Source of the DNA: Pedobacter sp.
GTDB taxonomy: Bacteria > Desulfobacterota > Desulfuromonadia > Desulfuromonadales > Syntrophotaleaceae
Direction: 5' to 3'
Length of the DNA stretch: 64,000 nucleotides
Assembly: GCA_050253415.1 (NCBI GenBank)
Contig: JBFWJC010000001.1
Span: 1,064,679 to 1,128,678 of the forward strand
Position numbers and translations under genes: made by a program. Shown here piece after piece: positions 16,728 through 25,771 of the stretch. The notes under the pieces were generated by a model that was given only the letters and a program-made list of their open reading frames with translations, was not told the origin of the DNA and did not search any database. Each line of letters starts with the position of its first letter. Positions within the stretch are counted from its first letter, which is position 1.

Positions 16728-19553
16728 ATGATCTGCCGCAAGGCTCTGTTTTTTGTCTGTGTATTATTTCTGCTTTTGCCAGGTCTCAGTCGGGCGGAGG
16801 ATCTCAAGGTTTTGATTCTTCATTCCTACCACGCCGGGTTTGTCTGGACTGAGGATCAGCAGGAGGGGTTTTTTGAAGCTCTTGGTGCCAGTACCGTTGC
16901 AGAGAAGATATCCTATCGTGTCGAATACCTGGAAGCCAATACCCGGGAATGCGATTCTGCCTATCTTCAACACTTTAATGCCTACCTTCAACAAAAATAT
17001 ACACATTATACGCCCGATCTGATTTACGCTACGGACAACAATGCGATTGAATTTCTTCAGCAATATGCCCGTCATCTGTTTCCTCATACCCCTGTTATAT
17101 ACAGCGGCCTGAATGACATGGGATTGGACAGCCGTCTGAACCATGAGGCGTTTTACGGTATTTTCGATTCAATGGATATAGCAGGTACTGTGGCTCTTGC
17201 CATACGCTTGGTACCGCAATTGCGAACCTTGTATTTTGTCGGTGATGACTCTGCGACCGCGCGCGGCATCAGGGGATTAATCGAAAAGGAAACTCAGAAA
17301 TTCTTCCCGCAAGTGGACATCGCTTTTATTCAGAGTCCTTACGTGGAGGAACTTGAATCGCAGCTAAGCAGTTACCAGCCTAAATTGTGGGTTGTTAATT
17401 CTTTAGCTGAGATTCGCAATGCGCGTGGTGACCGGTTGACAATCGCTGAAACTCTCGAGCGTCTGGAGCATGCTGGAGAGTTCATTATTTTGGCCATGAA
17501 AGACAATTATTTGACGTCCGGCGTACTTGGGGGGGCGGTCAATCGTGGGCGTGAGCAAGGTCTGCAAGCGGGGTACCTGGCTCGGGAGCAGCTGCTTAAC
17601 GAAACAGTCAGCGCCAACGACAACCTGTTGGAGCGGGCGTCAAACCCCTACCTGTTCCAATCTGAGGCGATGGACCGCTTTGGACTGAAGCCGACAGACC
17701 TTCCTCCTGGAAGCCGGTTCTTGCCTCCACCTCAGTCGTTGTGGCTGCGGCACAGTTCTTTGATCATGGCTTTTGTCGGATTCGCATGTTTGCAATTGGT
17801 CGGGATGTGGCTGTTCCGGCGCACAATTACCGGTCTGCGCTCGGGACAAAAAAAGTTACTTCTAAAAGAAGCGCAATTCAAAACAGTCATTGACGCAACC
17901 CATGATGCTGTCATTGCCATTAATCAACGAGGCATTGTTACTCTCTTTAATCCGGCTGCGGAGGCATTGTTTGGCTGGGATTGCGACGAAATGCTCGGTG
18001 GCACTCTGGATGTGCTGATGCCCGAGGGCTATCGCATGCAGCATCGGCAGGATGTCGCCAGCTTTTTCGGTACCGGTGAGCCGTCTGAAGCGATCGGCCG
18101 ATCTCTCGAATTGTTGGCTGTTCACCGCTCAGGCAGGGAGTTTCCAGTCGAATTGGGATTGTCCGTGGGGCATTGCGGTCAGCAACGTTTTGTTCTCGCT
18201 ATTTTGCGTGATATCTCCAGTCAGCGTCAGGTTGAACGGGAAATCAAACAGTTGGCTTATTATGACAGCTTGACCGGTCTGCCCAATAGGGCTCTATTGG
18301 AAGATCGCTGCCGTCGTGTTTTGAGTACTGCCGAGCGTTCCGGGCGCATGGCGGCATTGTTATTTATTGGCGTGGACAACCTTAAATCCATTAATGATAC
18401 GCGCGGACATGCCTGTGGAGACCGGGTGCTCAAACTCATCGGGCAGCGGTTGGTCGCCCTGGTGAAGGATGGGATGACTGTCGTCAGGTGGGATGGTGAT
18501 AAATTTATCGTTCTGCTCCCGGGACTGCACAGTGCCAGTGAGGTTGACAACGTTGCCAAAGATATTCTTCAGGCTTTTTCCGAGCCCTGCGAAGTGGATG
18601 ACCAGCACTTTTTTGTAACAGCGAGTATTGGCGGGGCTGTCTATCCTCAGCATGGCTTGGATGGCGATAAACTGCTTAAACATGCCGATATGGCCATGTA
18701 TGCCGCCAAGGAGCAGGGGCGAAACACTTATTGTACGTTTACTGAGGAGATGAATCGCAAGGTTCAGGAACGCAGTGAGCTCGAACATAGCTTGAGGCAG
18801 GCGCTTGCGCGTGAAGAGTTTTTCTTGGCTTTTCAGCCCCAGGTTGACCAGACTACGGGTAAAGTTCTGGGCTCCGAGGCTTTGCTGCGTTGGCGTCACG
18901 CTGATAAGGGGATGATTTCGCCAGGACAATTCATTCCGGTGGCAGAGGACAGTGGTTTGATACTCCCTATCGGGCATTGGGTGCTGCATACAGCATGCGC
19001 GCAGAATAAGGCCTGGCAGCAGGCCGGCTATCCGCCGATGCGTGTTGCCGTCAATTTGTCTGCCCGTCAGTTCCAGCAACCTGACTTTTACGACCAGGTG
19101 GCCCAGGTGTTGCGTGATACGGAGCTGGATCCACGGTATCTTGAGCTGGAACTGACAGAAAGTTTGCTTATGGCGGATGCGGATGCGGCGGTAGAAACCC
19201 TCCGTGCACTGCGTGACCTGGGTGTGGGAATCGCCATCGACGATTTTGGTACCGGTTATTCTTCCTTGAGCTATCTGAAGACCTTTCCCATCGACCGTAT
19301 CAAGATTGCACAGGAATTTGTGTTGGATATCGGACGAGATCCCGAGGATGCCGCCATCGTCGAGACCATTATCGCCATGGCGCATGGTCTGGGTCTCGAT
19401 ATCGTGGCTGAAGGGGTTGAAACGGCCGCCCAACTTGAATTTTTACGTGCCCGAAAGTGTCAGGTTATGCAGGGCTATTATTTTGGACACCCGATGCCGG
19501 CCGAAAACTTTATTGAGTATCTTTCCGAGAACTTTGTCGCTATCAACTCGTAG
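16728..19553 (+). CDS. Membrane-bound sensor-PAS-GGDEF(degenerate)-EAL protein, probable c-di-GMP phosphodiesterase
   Basis: N-terminal ABC-SBP-like periplasmic domain (VLILHSYH), TM helix, PAS (FNPAAEALFG), YDSLTGLPNR, EALLRW, DDFGTGYSS, VAEGVET. Confidence 0.9.
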   Translation: MICRKALFFVCVLFLLLPGLSRAEDLKVLILHSYHAGFVWTEDQQEGFFEALGASTVAEKISYRVEYLEANTRECDSAYLQHFNAYLQQKYTHYTPDLIYATDNNAIEFLQQYARHLFPHTPVIYSGLNDMGLDSRLNHEAFYGIFDSMDIAGTVALAIRLVPQLRTLYFVGDDSATARGIRGLIEKETQKFFPQVDIAFIQSPYVEELESQLSSYQPKLWVVNSLAEIRNARGDRLTIAETLERLEHAGEFIILAMKDNYLTSGVLGGAVNRGREQGLQAGYLAREQLLNETVSANDNLLERASNPYLFQSEAMDRFGLKPTDLPPGSRFLPPPQSLWLRHSSLIMAFVGFACLQLVGMWLFRRTITGLRSGQKKLLLKEAQFKTVIDATHDAVIAINQRGIVTLFNPAAEALFGWDCDEMLGGTLDVLMPEGYRMQHRQDVASFFGTGEPSEAIGRSLELLAVHRSGREFPVELGLSVGHCGQQRFVLAILRDISSQRQVEREIKQLAYYDSLTGLPNRALLEDRCRRVLSTAERSGRMAALLFIGVDNLKSINDTRGHACGDRVLKLIGQRLVALVKDGMTVVRWDGDKFIVLLPGLHSASEVDNVAKDILQAFSEPCEVDDQHFFVTASIGGAVYPQHGLDGDKLLKHADMAMYAAKEQGRNTYCTFTEEMNRKVQERSELEHSLRQALAREEFFLAFQPQVDQTTGKVLGSEALLRWRHADKGMISPGQFIPVAEDSGLILPIGHWVLHTACAQNKAWQQAGYPPMRVAVNLSARQFQQPDFYDQVAQVLRDTELDPRYLELELTESLLMADADAAVETLRALRDLGVGIAIDDFGTGYSSLSYLKTFPIDRIKIAQEFVLDIGRDPEDAAIVETIIAMAHGLGLDIVAEGVETAAQLEFLRARKCQVMQGYYFGHPMPAENFIEYLSENFVAINS

Positions 19554-19628
19554 CATTTAAGTAATTATGATCCGATGCTTCTATTGCCTGGCGGGTCGTT
19601 GTACTGAATTTATGGCCAGGTCAGCGAG

Positions 19629-20456
19629 TTAGTCGCCTTTCAGGGATTTGAGCAGGCGGCATTCCTCCTCTTTGTAGGTTGTCAGTCGATCGGCCAGCAG
19701 GTCAAAGTCAACCTGGTGGCCATCGAACTCGGGGCCATCCACGCAGGCGAACTTCATTTCTTTGTTTACCATTACGCGGCAACCGCCGCACATGCCCGTA
19801 CCATCGATCATGATAGGATTAAGGCTGACAGTGGTGCGTACGGCAAAAGGTCGGGTCATTTCAACAACGGCTCTCATCATGGGGACCGGCCCGGCGGCAA
19901 AAACCGCCTGAGGTCTGAGCGCCTCATCGTGCAGCAGGGTGGAAAGGACATTTGTGACAAATCCTTTTTGTCCAAGGCTGCCATCTTCGGTGGTTATGAG
20001 AACCTGATGACAGAATACATCCAGTTCATCAGCCAGGATGATCAGCTGTGCCGTGCGTCCGCCAATTAATGCAGTGACCTGATTTCCTGCCTTTGCCAGG
20101 GCCTTGGCCATTGGGTAGAGGACGGCGGTTCCCACGCCACCGCCGATGCAGGTCACTTTGCCCCAGTTTTCGATGTGAGTAGGATGCCCCAGAGGGCCGG
20201 CGATATCCCTGACGTAAGAGTCTGTGGACATGCTGACCAGTTGATGGGTGGAATAACCTACCGCCTGAACGAAAAGGGTGATAGTGCCCTGGGGCGGATC
20301 AGCATCGGCAATGGTGAGCGGAATGCGCTCGGCTTGCTCATCGGCATGCACGATGACGAATTGTCCGGGTTGGCGGTGGCGTGCAATGCGCGGCGCCAAA
20401 ATCGTCATGCGGTGCAGGTTGGGCGCAATGCGGATGTTCTCCAGAATTTTGAACAT
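19629..20456 (-). CDS. NfnA/SudB-like FAD/NAD-binding [2Fe-2S] electron transfer subunit
   Basis: PGQFVIV, ERIPLTIAD, GGGVGTA, GPVPMM, MIDGTGMCGGCRV...ACVDGPEFDGH. Confidence 0.9.
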   Translation of the reverse strand: MFKILENIRIAPNLHRMTILAPRIARHRQPGQFVIVHADEQAERIPLTIADADPPQGTITLFVQAVGYSTHQLVSMSTDSYVRDIAGPLGHPTHIENWGKVTCIGGGVGTAVLYPMAKALAKAGNQVTALIGGRTAQLIILADELDVFCHQVLITTEDGSLGQKGFVTNVLSTLLHDEALRPQAVFAAGPVPMMRAVVEMTRPFAVRTTVSLNPIMIDGTGMCGGCRVMVNKEMKFACVDGPEFDGHQVDFDLLADRLTTYKEEECRLLKSLKGD

Positions 20457-20645
20457 GGGTTCCTCTTCTCCCCAATATCCTCGTTTGTTTCAGTATAGCA
20501 TTGCTCAGAAAAAATCCGGCGCATGGTTGCTGCCGTGAGCCTGTGGCTGGATGGATTCCCTAATTTTGAGGTGACTGGACAAAATACAGCGGTGCGCTAT
20601 GTTTGAGATGTTATCCCTCAAACTATTTAACAAGGAGGTTACCGA

Positions 20646-20819
20646 ATGGGAACGCACTTTATCACCGAAGATTGTATTAATTGCGGAGCCTGTGTGGATG
20701 TGTGCCCGGTGGATGCTATCAGCGAAAAGGGCGAATTACACGTTGTGGATCAGCCCACTTGTACTGACTGCGGCGCATGCGATGAAGTCTGTCCGGTTGA
20801 TGCAATAAAGTGGGATTGA
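20646..20819 (+). CDS. 2[4Fe-4S] ferredoxin (57 aa, not in ORF track)
   Basis: MGTHFITEDCINCGACVDVCP...CTDCGACDEVCPVDAIKWD has two CxxCxxCxxxCP motifs. AAGGAGG RBS. Confidence 0.95.
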   Translation: MGTHFITEDCINCGACVDVCPVDAISEKGELHVVDQPTCTDCGACDEVCPVDAIKWD

Positions 20820-20872
20820 TAGGCGCTATTTTAGGATAATGCCTGAGTAGTCGTTGACAGACTGGTTATGCC

Positions 20873-20908
20873 GTGCCCCTAGTGTTTTTGCTAAGGGGCA
20901 CTTTTTTA
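20873..20908 (+). terminator. Rho-independent terminator between convergent genes
   Basis: GTGCCCCT-AG...CT-AAGGGGCAC followed by a T run. Confidence 0.7.
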
Positions 20909-20930
20909 TGTGAATGGATGTGTTGGAGAG

Positions 20931-22076
20931 TTATTTGTTCATAAAACGGCGCAGGCGTAAAAGTGCCTCCTGGATGTTGGCCATGGAATTGGCATAGGAA
21001 AAACGCAGGTAGCCTTCGCTGCCTTCACCGAAATCAATGCCGGGGGTCAGAGCTACGCCGGTTTGTTCCAGAATGTCCAGAGCCAGGGCCCGCGAGTCGC
21101 TTCCGAGGTGTCTGGCATCTGCCAGGACGTAAAAGGCGCCGGTGGGGCAACTATGCAACGGCAGGCCGAGTTTGGGGAGTTCCCCAATCAGGTAGCGGCG
21201 GCGCTCATCATATATGTTGCGCATGTGTTTGACGTCTTCCTGGCATTCGCGCAACGCGGTGATACCTGCGACCTGGACAAAATTCGCTGCACAGATCAAA
21301 AAATTCTGATGCAGACATTGAAGGGTGCGAATGCAGCTCGGTGGGACGATCAGGTAGCCGAGTCGCCACCCGGTCATGGCGTAGGCTTTGGAAAATCCGC
21401 CCAGGACAAAAGCATCGGGGGTAAATTCGAGGGCACTGCGTTCTTCGCCTTCGTAAGTCAATCCGTGATAAATTTCATCGGAGATCAGGGGGACGGACAT
21501 CTTGGCCATTTCGGCCATCCACTCGACGGGCAAGACGGAGCCGGTGGGGTTGGACGGTGAGTTGATAAGAATGCCGCGTGTGCGGGGACTCAGTTTTTCT
21601 CGTATATGCTCGGGGCGCGGTTGAAAGCCATCTTCAGCCCTGGTTCGTAAAAAAACCGGGGTCCCACCAGCGAAACGGATAAAATTAGGATAACAGGCAT
21701 ACCCTGGGTCGGTCAGGATAATCTCGTCGCCTTCACACAGCAGGGCGGAAAATAATAGCAGCATCAACGGGCTGGTCCCGGCCGAAACCAGGATGCGAGA
21801 CGGTTCGACGGTGACGCCGTAACGTTGCAGGTAATGGGCGGCAATGGCTTGGCGAATTTCGGGAAGTCCCAGTGAGTGGGTGTAGGTGGTGCTCCCTGCT
21901 TCGATAGCGCGGATTGCTGCGTCGCTGATCGGTTTGGGTGTGGGCAAGTCTGGTTCGCCAAGACACAGGTAGATAATGTCCCGGCCTGCAGCCTCCAGTT
22001 CTTTGGCGCGTTCCATGATTTCCATGGCCAGAAACGGTTTAACCTCGAGGGCGCGGCGGGATAATTCAATCTTCAT
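20931..22076 (-). CDS. PLP-dependent aminotransferase class I/II (aspartate aminotransferase-like)
   Basis: GEPD, INSPSNPTG, ISDEIY, GFSKAYAMTGWRLGY, YLRFSYA. Confidence 0.92.
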   Translation of the reverse strand: MKIELSRRALEVKPFLAMEIMERAKELEAAGRDIIYLCLGEPDLPTPKPISDAAIRAIEAGSTTYTHSLGLPEIRQAIAAHYLQRYGVTVEPSRILVSAGTSPLMLLLFSALLCEGDEIILTDPGYACYPNFIRFAGGTPVFLRTRAEDGFQPRPEHIREKLSPRTRGILINSPSNPTGSVLPVEWMAEMAKMSVPLISDEIYHGLTYEGEERSALEFTPDAFVLGGFSKAYAMTGWRLGYLIVPPSCIRTLQCLHQNFLICAANFVQVAGITALRECQEDVKHMRNIYDERRRYLIGELPKLGLPLHSCPTGAFYVLADARHLGSDSRALALDILEQTGVALTPGIDFGEGSEGYLRFSYANSMANIQEALLRLRRFMNK

Positions 22077-22100
22077 GTTCAAAAACTCTCTTGATTTTGT

Positions 22101-23585
22101 TCAGGGTGCTTTGTTGGCTGCAACCGCGCGCTTGAAAGCCCATGCCTCTATCTTTTTGATCTGTTCGGCCATGGTGATTGATAAGGGTACTGTGCGGCCA
22201 ATCGCTTCCATGAGGTCCTGTTGTCGCATGGGGCGATCCGTTGCCATGGCTTCAAACGAGGCGCTGGCAACGGTTTGCTCTATTTCGGCACCGGAAAACC
22301 CCTTTGCCGAATGTGCCAGCATGCTCAGGGAAAAGGTGTCCATGGGTTGATCGTATTTTTCCAGGTGGATGCGGAAAATTTCCTCCCGCTCTTCAATGGA
22401 AGGCAGGGCTACGTAAAAAACTTCGTCAAAGCGGCCTTTGCGTAAGATTTCTGCCGGCAACATTTCGATGGCGTTGGCGGTGGCTGCAACAAATACCGGA
22501 TATTGCTTTTCCTGCATCCATGTCAAAAAATAAGAGAGTACCCGAGATGCGGGGCCGCCTTCGGATTTAAAGCCCTGATTGGAAATGCCCGCTTCAATTT
22601 CATCGATCCAGAGTACGCATGGAGATAAGGCTTCGGCGGTTCTGCATGCCTGGTGCAAAGTGCTTTCCGGAGAGCCGAAGGTTCCGCCATATATGGTAGC
22701 CATGTCCAATCGTACCAGTGGCAGGTGCCAGCGGGCGGCTATGGCTTTGACGAAAAGACTTTTTCCGCATCCGCTGATGCCCATGATAAGGACGCCTTTA
22801 GGTAAATTCCGGCCCTCGGCAAGAGTATCGCAGCCGAAGACCTTTTCCCGCTTAGAAAGCCATTGTTTAAGGTTTTCCATGCCGCCGACCAGGGTGGAGG
22901 CTTCCGGAGTGTCAACGATCTCCATGATGCCGCTCTTGCGCAGGAGTTGTTTTTTGTCGAGAAACAGGGCGTCGGTTAGGTCCGCCAGTGTGGTACTCTT
23001 GGCCACGCGGGTAAGGCGCAATGCGCTCTCGATATTATAAAAATCGAGACCTTGCGCTGCGGTTATAAGGCGATTGAGGTCATCGTCGCAGGTCACCATT
23101 TGCTGTAATAGCGGATCGCGTTGGCAGCGATTTTCAATATATGCTCGTAGTTCGAATCGGTCCGGAAGCGGGTGCTCAAAAACCTGTGCCTGACGCTGAA
23201 GCATCGGGGGCAGGGCTGTAGAGGGGCCTAGTATGATTAATGTTTTCTGGTGTGTTTGGCGCTGTCCGACAAAGTCGGACAAGGTTCTCTGCAGGTAGGG
23301 ATTGTCATGCCAGAACCAGTTGAGATCCTTGAAAATGAAGACCCCTCGGTATTCTTGGCCAAGAGCCCAGCGCAGACCGGAAAGTGGTTCAACGCTGCCC
23401 TCAACATTGGAAAATCCGGTTGTGCAAGACCATGTCTGCGGCACCGCGATGTTTTTCAGACCGCGTTCCATGGTGCGAGTGATAAAGCTCTCGGTACGGG
23501 TTTCATTGTCGGTTGCCAGATATATAAGCGGGGTTCCGGCTGCAATCAGGCGAAGAAGGTGGTTGGCGGTGATGCGTTCCTGCAT
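22101..23585 (-). CDS. AAA+ ATPase, Ycf46-like
   Basis: [10 protein letters not shown], Walker A GISGCGKS, Walker [26 protein letters not shown] 23585 has an AAGGAG RBS. Confidence 0.88.
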   Translation of the reverse strand: MQERITANHLLRLIAAGTPLIYLATDNETRTESFITRTMERGLKNIAVPQTWSCTTGFSNVEGSVEPLSGLRWALGQEYRGVFIFKDLNWFWHDNPYLQRTLSDFVGQRQTHQKTLIILGPSTALPPMLQRQAQVFEHPLPDRFELRAYIENRCQRDPLLQQMVTCDDDLNRLITAAQGLDFYNIESALRLTRVAKSTTLADLTDALFLDKKQLLRKSGIMEIVDTPEASTLVGGMENLKQWLSKREKVFGCDTLAEGRNLPKGVLIMGISGCGKSLFVKAIAARWHLPLVRLDMATIYGGTFGSPESTLHQACRTAEALSPCVLWIDEIEAGISNQGFKSEGGPASRVLSYFLTWMQEKQYPVFVAATANAIEMLPAEILRKGRFDEVFYVALPSIEEREEIFRIHLEKYDQPMDTFSLSMLAHSAKGFSGAEIEQTVASASFEAMATDRPMRQQDLMEAIGRTVPLSITMAEQIKKIEAWAFKRAVAANKAP

Positions 23586-23986
23586 AACGCGCTCCTTATA
23601 AGTGGGGCACAAATCCAATAAAGACAGACTCTGCAGCTTAAACCAATCATTGGTAAATGTCTATGCTGCGCTGGACGTGTGCTGGGCAACAGGGCCGGTC
23701 GGAGTTTCCTTGCATTATCCACAGAAATAGGCTAGTTTTCCTGCGGATACGTCACCTTGTGGTCCGTTGCTGCCGGCATGGGCGCTTGCTGCCAGGTTGG
23801 GTGGTTTATGGCTGCTTGGTAGGCCTGTTTCAGGAAAATGTCTCTATTTAATAATTGTCTACGAGTGTTTGTGTCGACGCGATGGGCTGCCTCGCGGGGG
23901 CGCAGGTCTCGGTTCTCTTAATCTTCCGGCAGAGCGGTCGTTCTGGTTTGTGGTGGCCGAATTTCGCCAATGTCGAGGTTTGTCAT

Positions 23987-25717
23987 ATGCGTTACACGGA
24001 ATATTTGCTTCCTACTCTTAAAGAAACCCCCTCGGATGCGGAAGTCGTCAGTCACCAGCTGATGCTGCGGGCCGGGATGATTCGTAAACTTGCTGCCGGC
24101 ATCTATAATTACTTGCCTTTGGGACTGCGTTCCATCCGCAAGGTCGAGAAAATTATTCGTGAAGAGATGGACCGGGCCGGTGCTATAGAGCTACTCATGC
24201 CGATGGTTGTACCTGCCGAATTGTGGGAAGAATCGGGTCGTTGGGATCATTATGGAAAAGAGCTTCTGCGTTTTAGTGATCGTAAGGATTCCCCTTTTTG
24301 TCTTGGCCCCACCCATGAGGAAGTAATCACCGATCTGGTTCGCAATACCGTACGTTCTTACCGGCAGTTGCCTCTCAATCTGTATCAGATTCAAGGTAAG
24401 TTTCGTGATGAAATCCGCCCCCGTTTTGGTTTGATGCGCGGGCGTGAATTTATTATGAAAGATGCTTACTCTTTCGATCTCGACGAGGCTGGAGCTGATG
24501 TGGCTTATGAGAAAATGTATCAAGCCTACCGGCGTATTTTTGAACGATGTGGTCTGAAGTTCAGGGCCGTAGAGGCCGATACGGGAAATATCGGAGGGTC
24601 TTCTTCGCATGAATTTATGGTCCTTGCCGCCTCTGGCGAGGATGCCATCGTTTCTTGCGGGCAATGTGAATATGCCGCCAATATCGAGAAGGCCGAGGTG
24701 GCTCTTGCGGAAAACAGTACCCCCGAGCCTGCCGCTGAATTGGTCAAGGTTTCGACCCCCGGCTGCAAAAGTATTCATGATGTCGCTGCATTTCTGGATA
24801 CTAAGCCTGAGTGCGTGGTCAAGACGTTGATTGTTCAGACCGATGCCGGAGAAACGTTGGCGGTGCTGCTTCAAGGCAGTCACGAGCTCAACGATATAAA
24901 GCTGTGTCGGTTCCTCGGTTGCAATGAGGTGACTTTGGCAACGGATGAAGTGGTGAACAAGGTAGCGGGAGTCCTGCCAGGGTATGTCGGTCCTATAGGG
25001 CTGTCGTTGCGGGTCATCGCAGATTATGCGGTTCAGGGCATGTCGGATTTTGCCGTTGGTGCCAACGAGTCTGGTGCTCATTGTGTTGGTGTCAATCTTG
25101 GCCGGGACTTTAATGTCGAATGTTTTGCCGATTTGCGTTCTGCTGAAGCGGGGGATACCTGTCCACGTTGTGGTGGTGTGCTCGAAATCTGGCGGGGTAT
25201 CGAGGTCGGACATGTATTTAAGCTCGGGACCAAATATTCCTCGGCCTTGGGTGCAACCGTGCTGGACGCCAATGGTCAGGATCGTGAGTTGTTCATGGGC
25301 TGTTACGGAATCGGCGTAGGACGGACCGTGGCCGCAGCTATTGAGCAGAATCACGACGAAAATGGAATTGTCTTTCCGCTGCCGATTGCGCCATTTCATG
25401 TGATGGTGACGGTGGTCAATCCGCGGGAGGAAGATGTGCTGGCTGCGGCTGAAAAAATCTATGCTGAATTGCAGGAGCTTGGCGTGGAGGTCTTGCTGGA
25501 TGATCGCGACGAACGTCCCGGCAGCAAGTTTAAAGACGCCGACCTTATTGGTATTCCGCTGCGTCTTACCGTGGGCGCTCGCGGATTAAAGGAAAACGCT
25601 GTAGAGTTGCAGGAGCGAGCCGTCGGGGAACGCCGTATGATTCCTCTTGCGGATGTGTCGGCTCTGGTTAGGGATATGGTCGTGGCAGCCTGCGGTGGTA
25701 GGGGGGCTGATCGCTGA
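23987..25717 (+). CDS. proS: Proline--tRNA ligase (with INS editing domain)
   Basis: SHQLMLRAG, LGPTHEE, FRDEIRPRFGLMRGREF, IEVGHVFKLGTKYS, MGCYGIG. Confidence 0.97.
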   Translation: MRYTEYLLPTLKETPSDAEVVSHQLMLRAGMIRKLAAGIYNYLPLGLRSIRKVEKIIREEMDRAGAIELLMPMVVPAELWEESGRWDHYGKELLRFSDRKDSPFCLGPTHEEVITDLVRNTVRSYRQLPLNLYQIQGKFRDEIRPRFGLMRGREFIMKDAYSFDLDEAGADVAYEKMYQAYRRIFERCGLKFRAVEADTGNIGGSSSHEFMVLAASGEDAIVSCGQCEYAANIEKAEVALAENSTPEPAAELVKVSTPGCKSIHDVAAFLDTKPECVVKTLIVQTDAGETLAVLLQGSHELNDIKLCRFLGCNEVTLATDEVVNKVAGVLPGYVGPIGLSLRVIADYAVQGMSDFAVGANESGAHCVGVNLGRDFNVECFADLRSAEAGDTCPRCGGVLEIWRGIEVGHVFKLGTKYSSALGATVLDANGQDRELFMGCYGIGVGRTVAAAIEQNHDENGIVFPLPIAPFHVMVTVVNPREEDVLAAAEKIYAELQELGVEVLLDDRDERPGSKFKDADLIGIPLRLTVGARGLKENAVELQERAVGERRMIPLADVSALVRDMVVAACGGRGADR

Positions 25718-25771
25718 ATACTCAAGCGAGATTTCGATAATGGTTGGATACTGTGAAACACAGGAAGAGGT

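Noticed and set aside
16169..16807. 212-aa minus-strand ORF across the intergenic region
   Set aside because: It overlaps two better-supported + strand genes and a terminator, and has no motif or clear RBS.
20516..20532. sigma54 promoter (CCGGCGCATGGTTGC) before the ferredoxin
   Set aside because: The GG-to-GC spacing is 9 nt instead of the required 10.
20599..20808. 69-aa ORF-track call
   Set aside because: Wrong frame. The real gene is the ferredoxin at 20646-20819.
23620..23986. T-box leader or oriC upstream of proS
   Set aside because: No T-box consensus or terminator, only one perfect DnaA box, and no AT-rich unwinding repeats.
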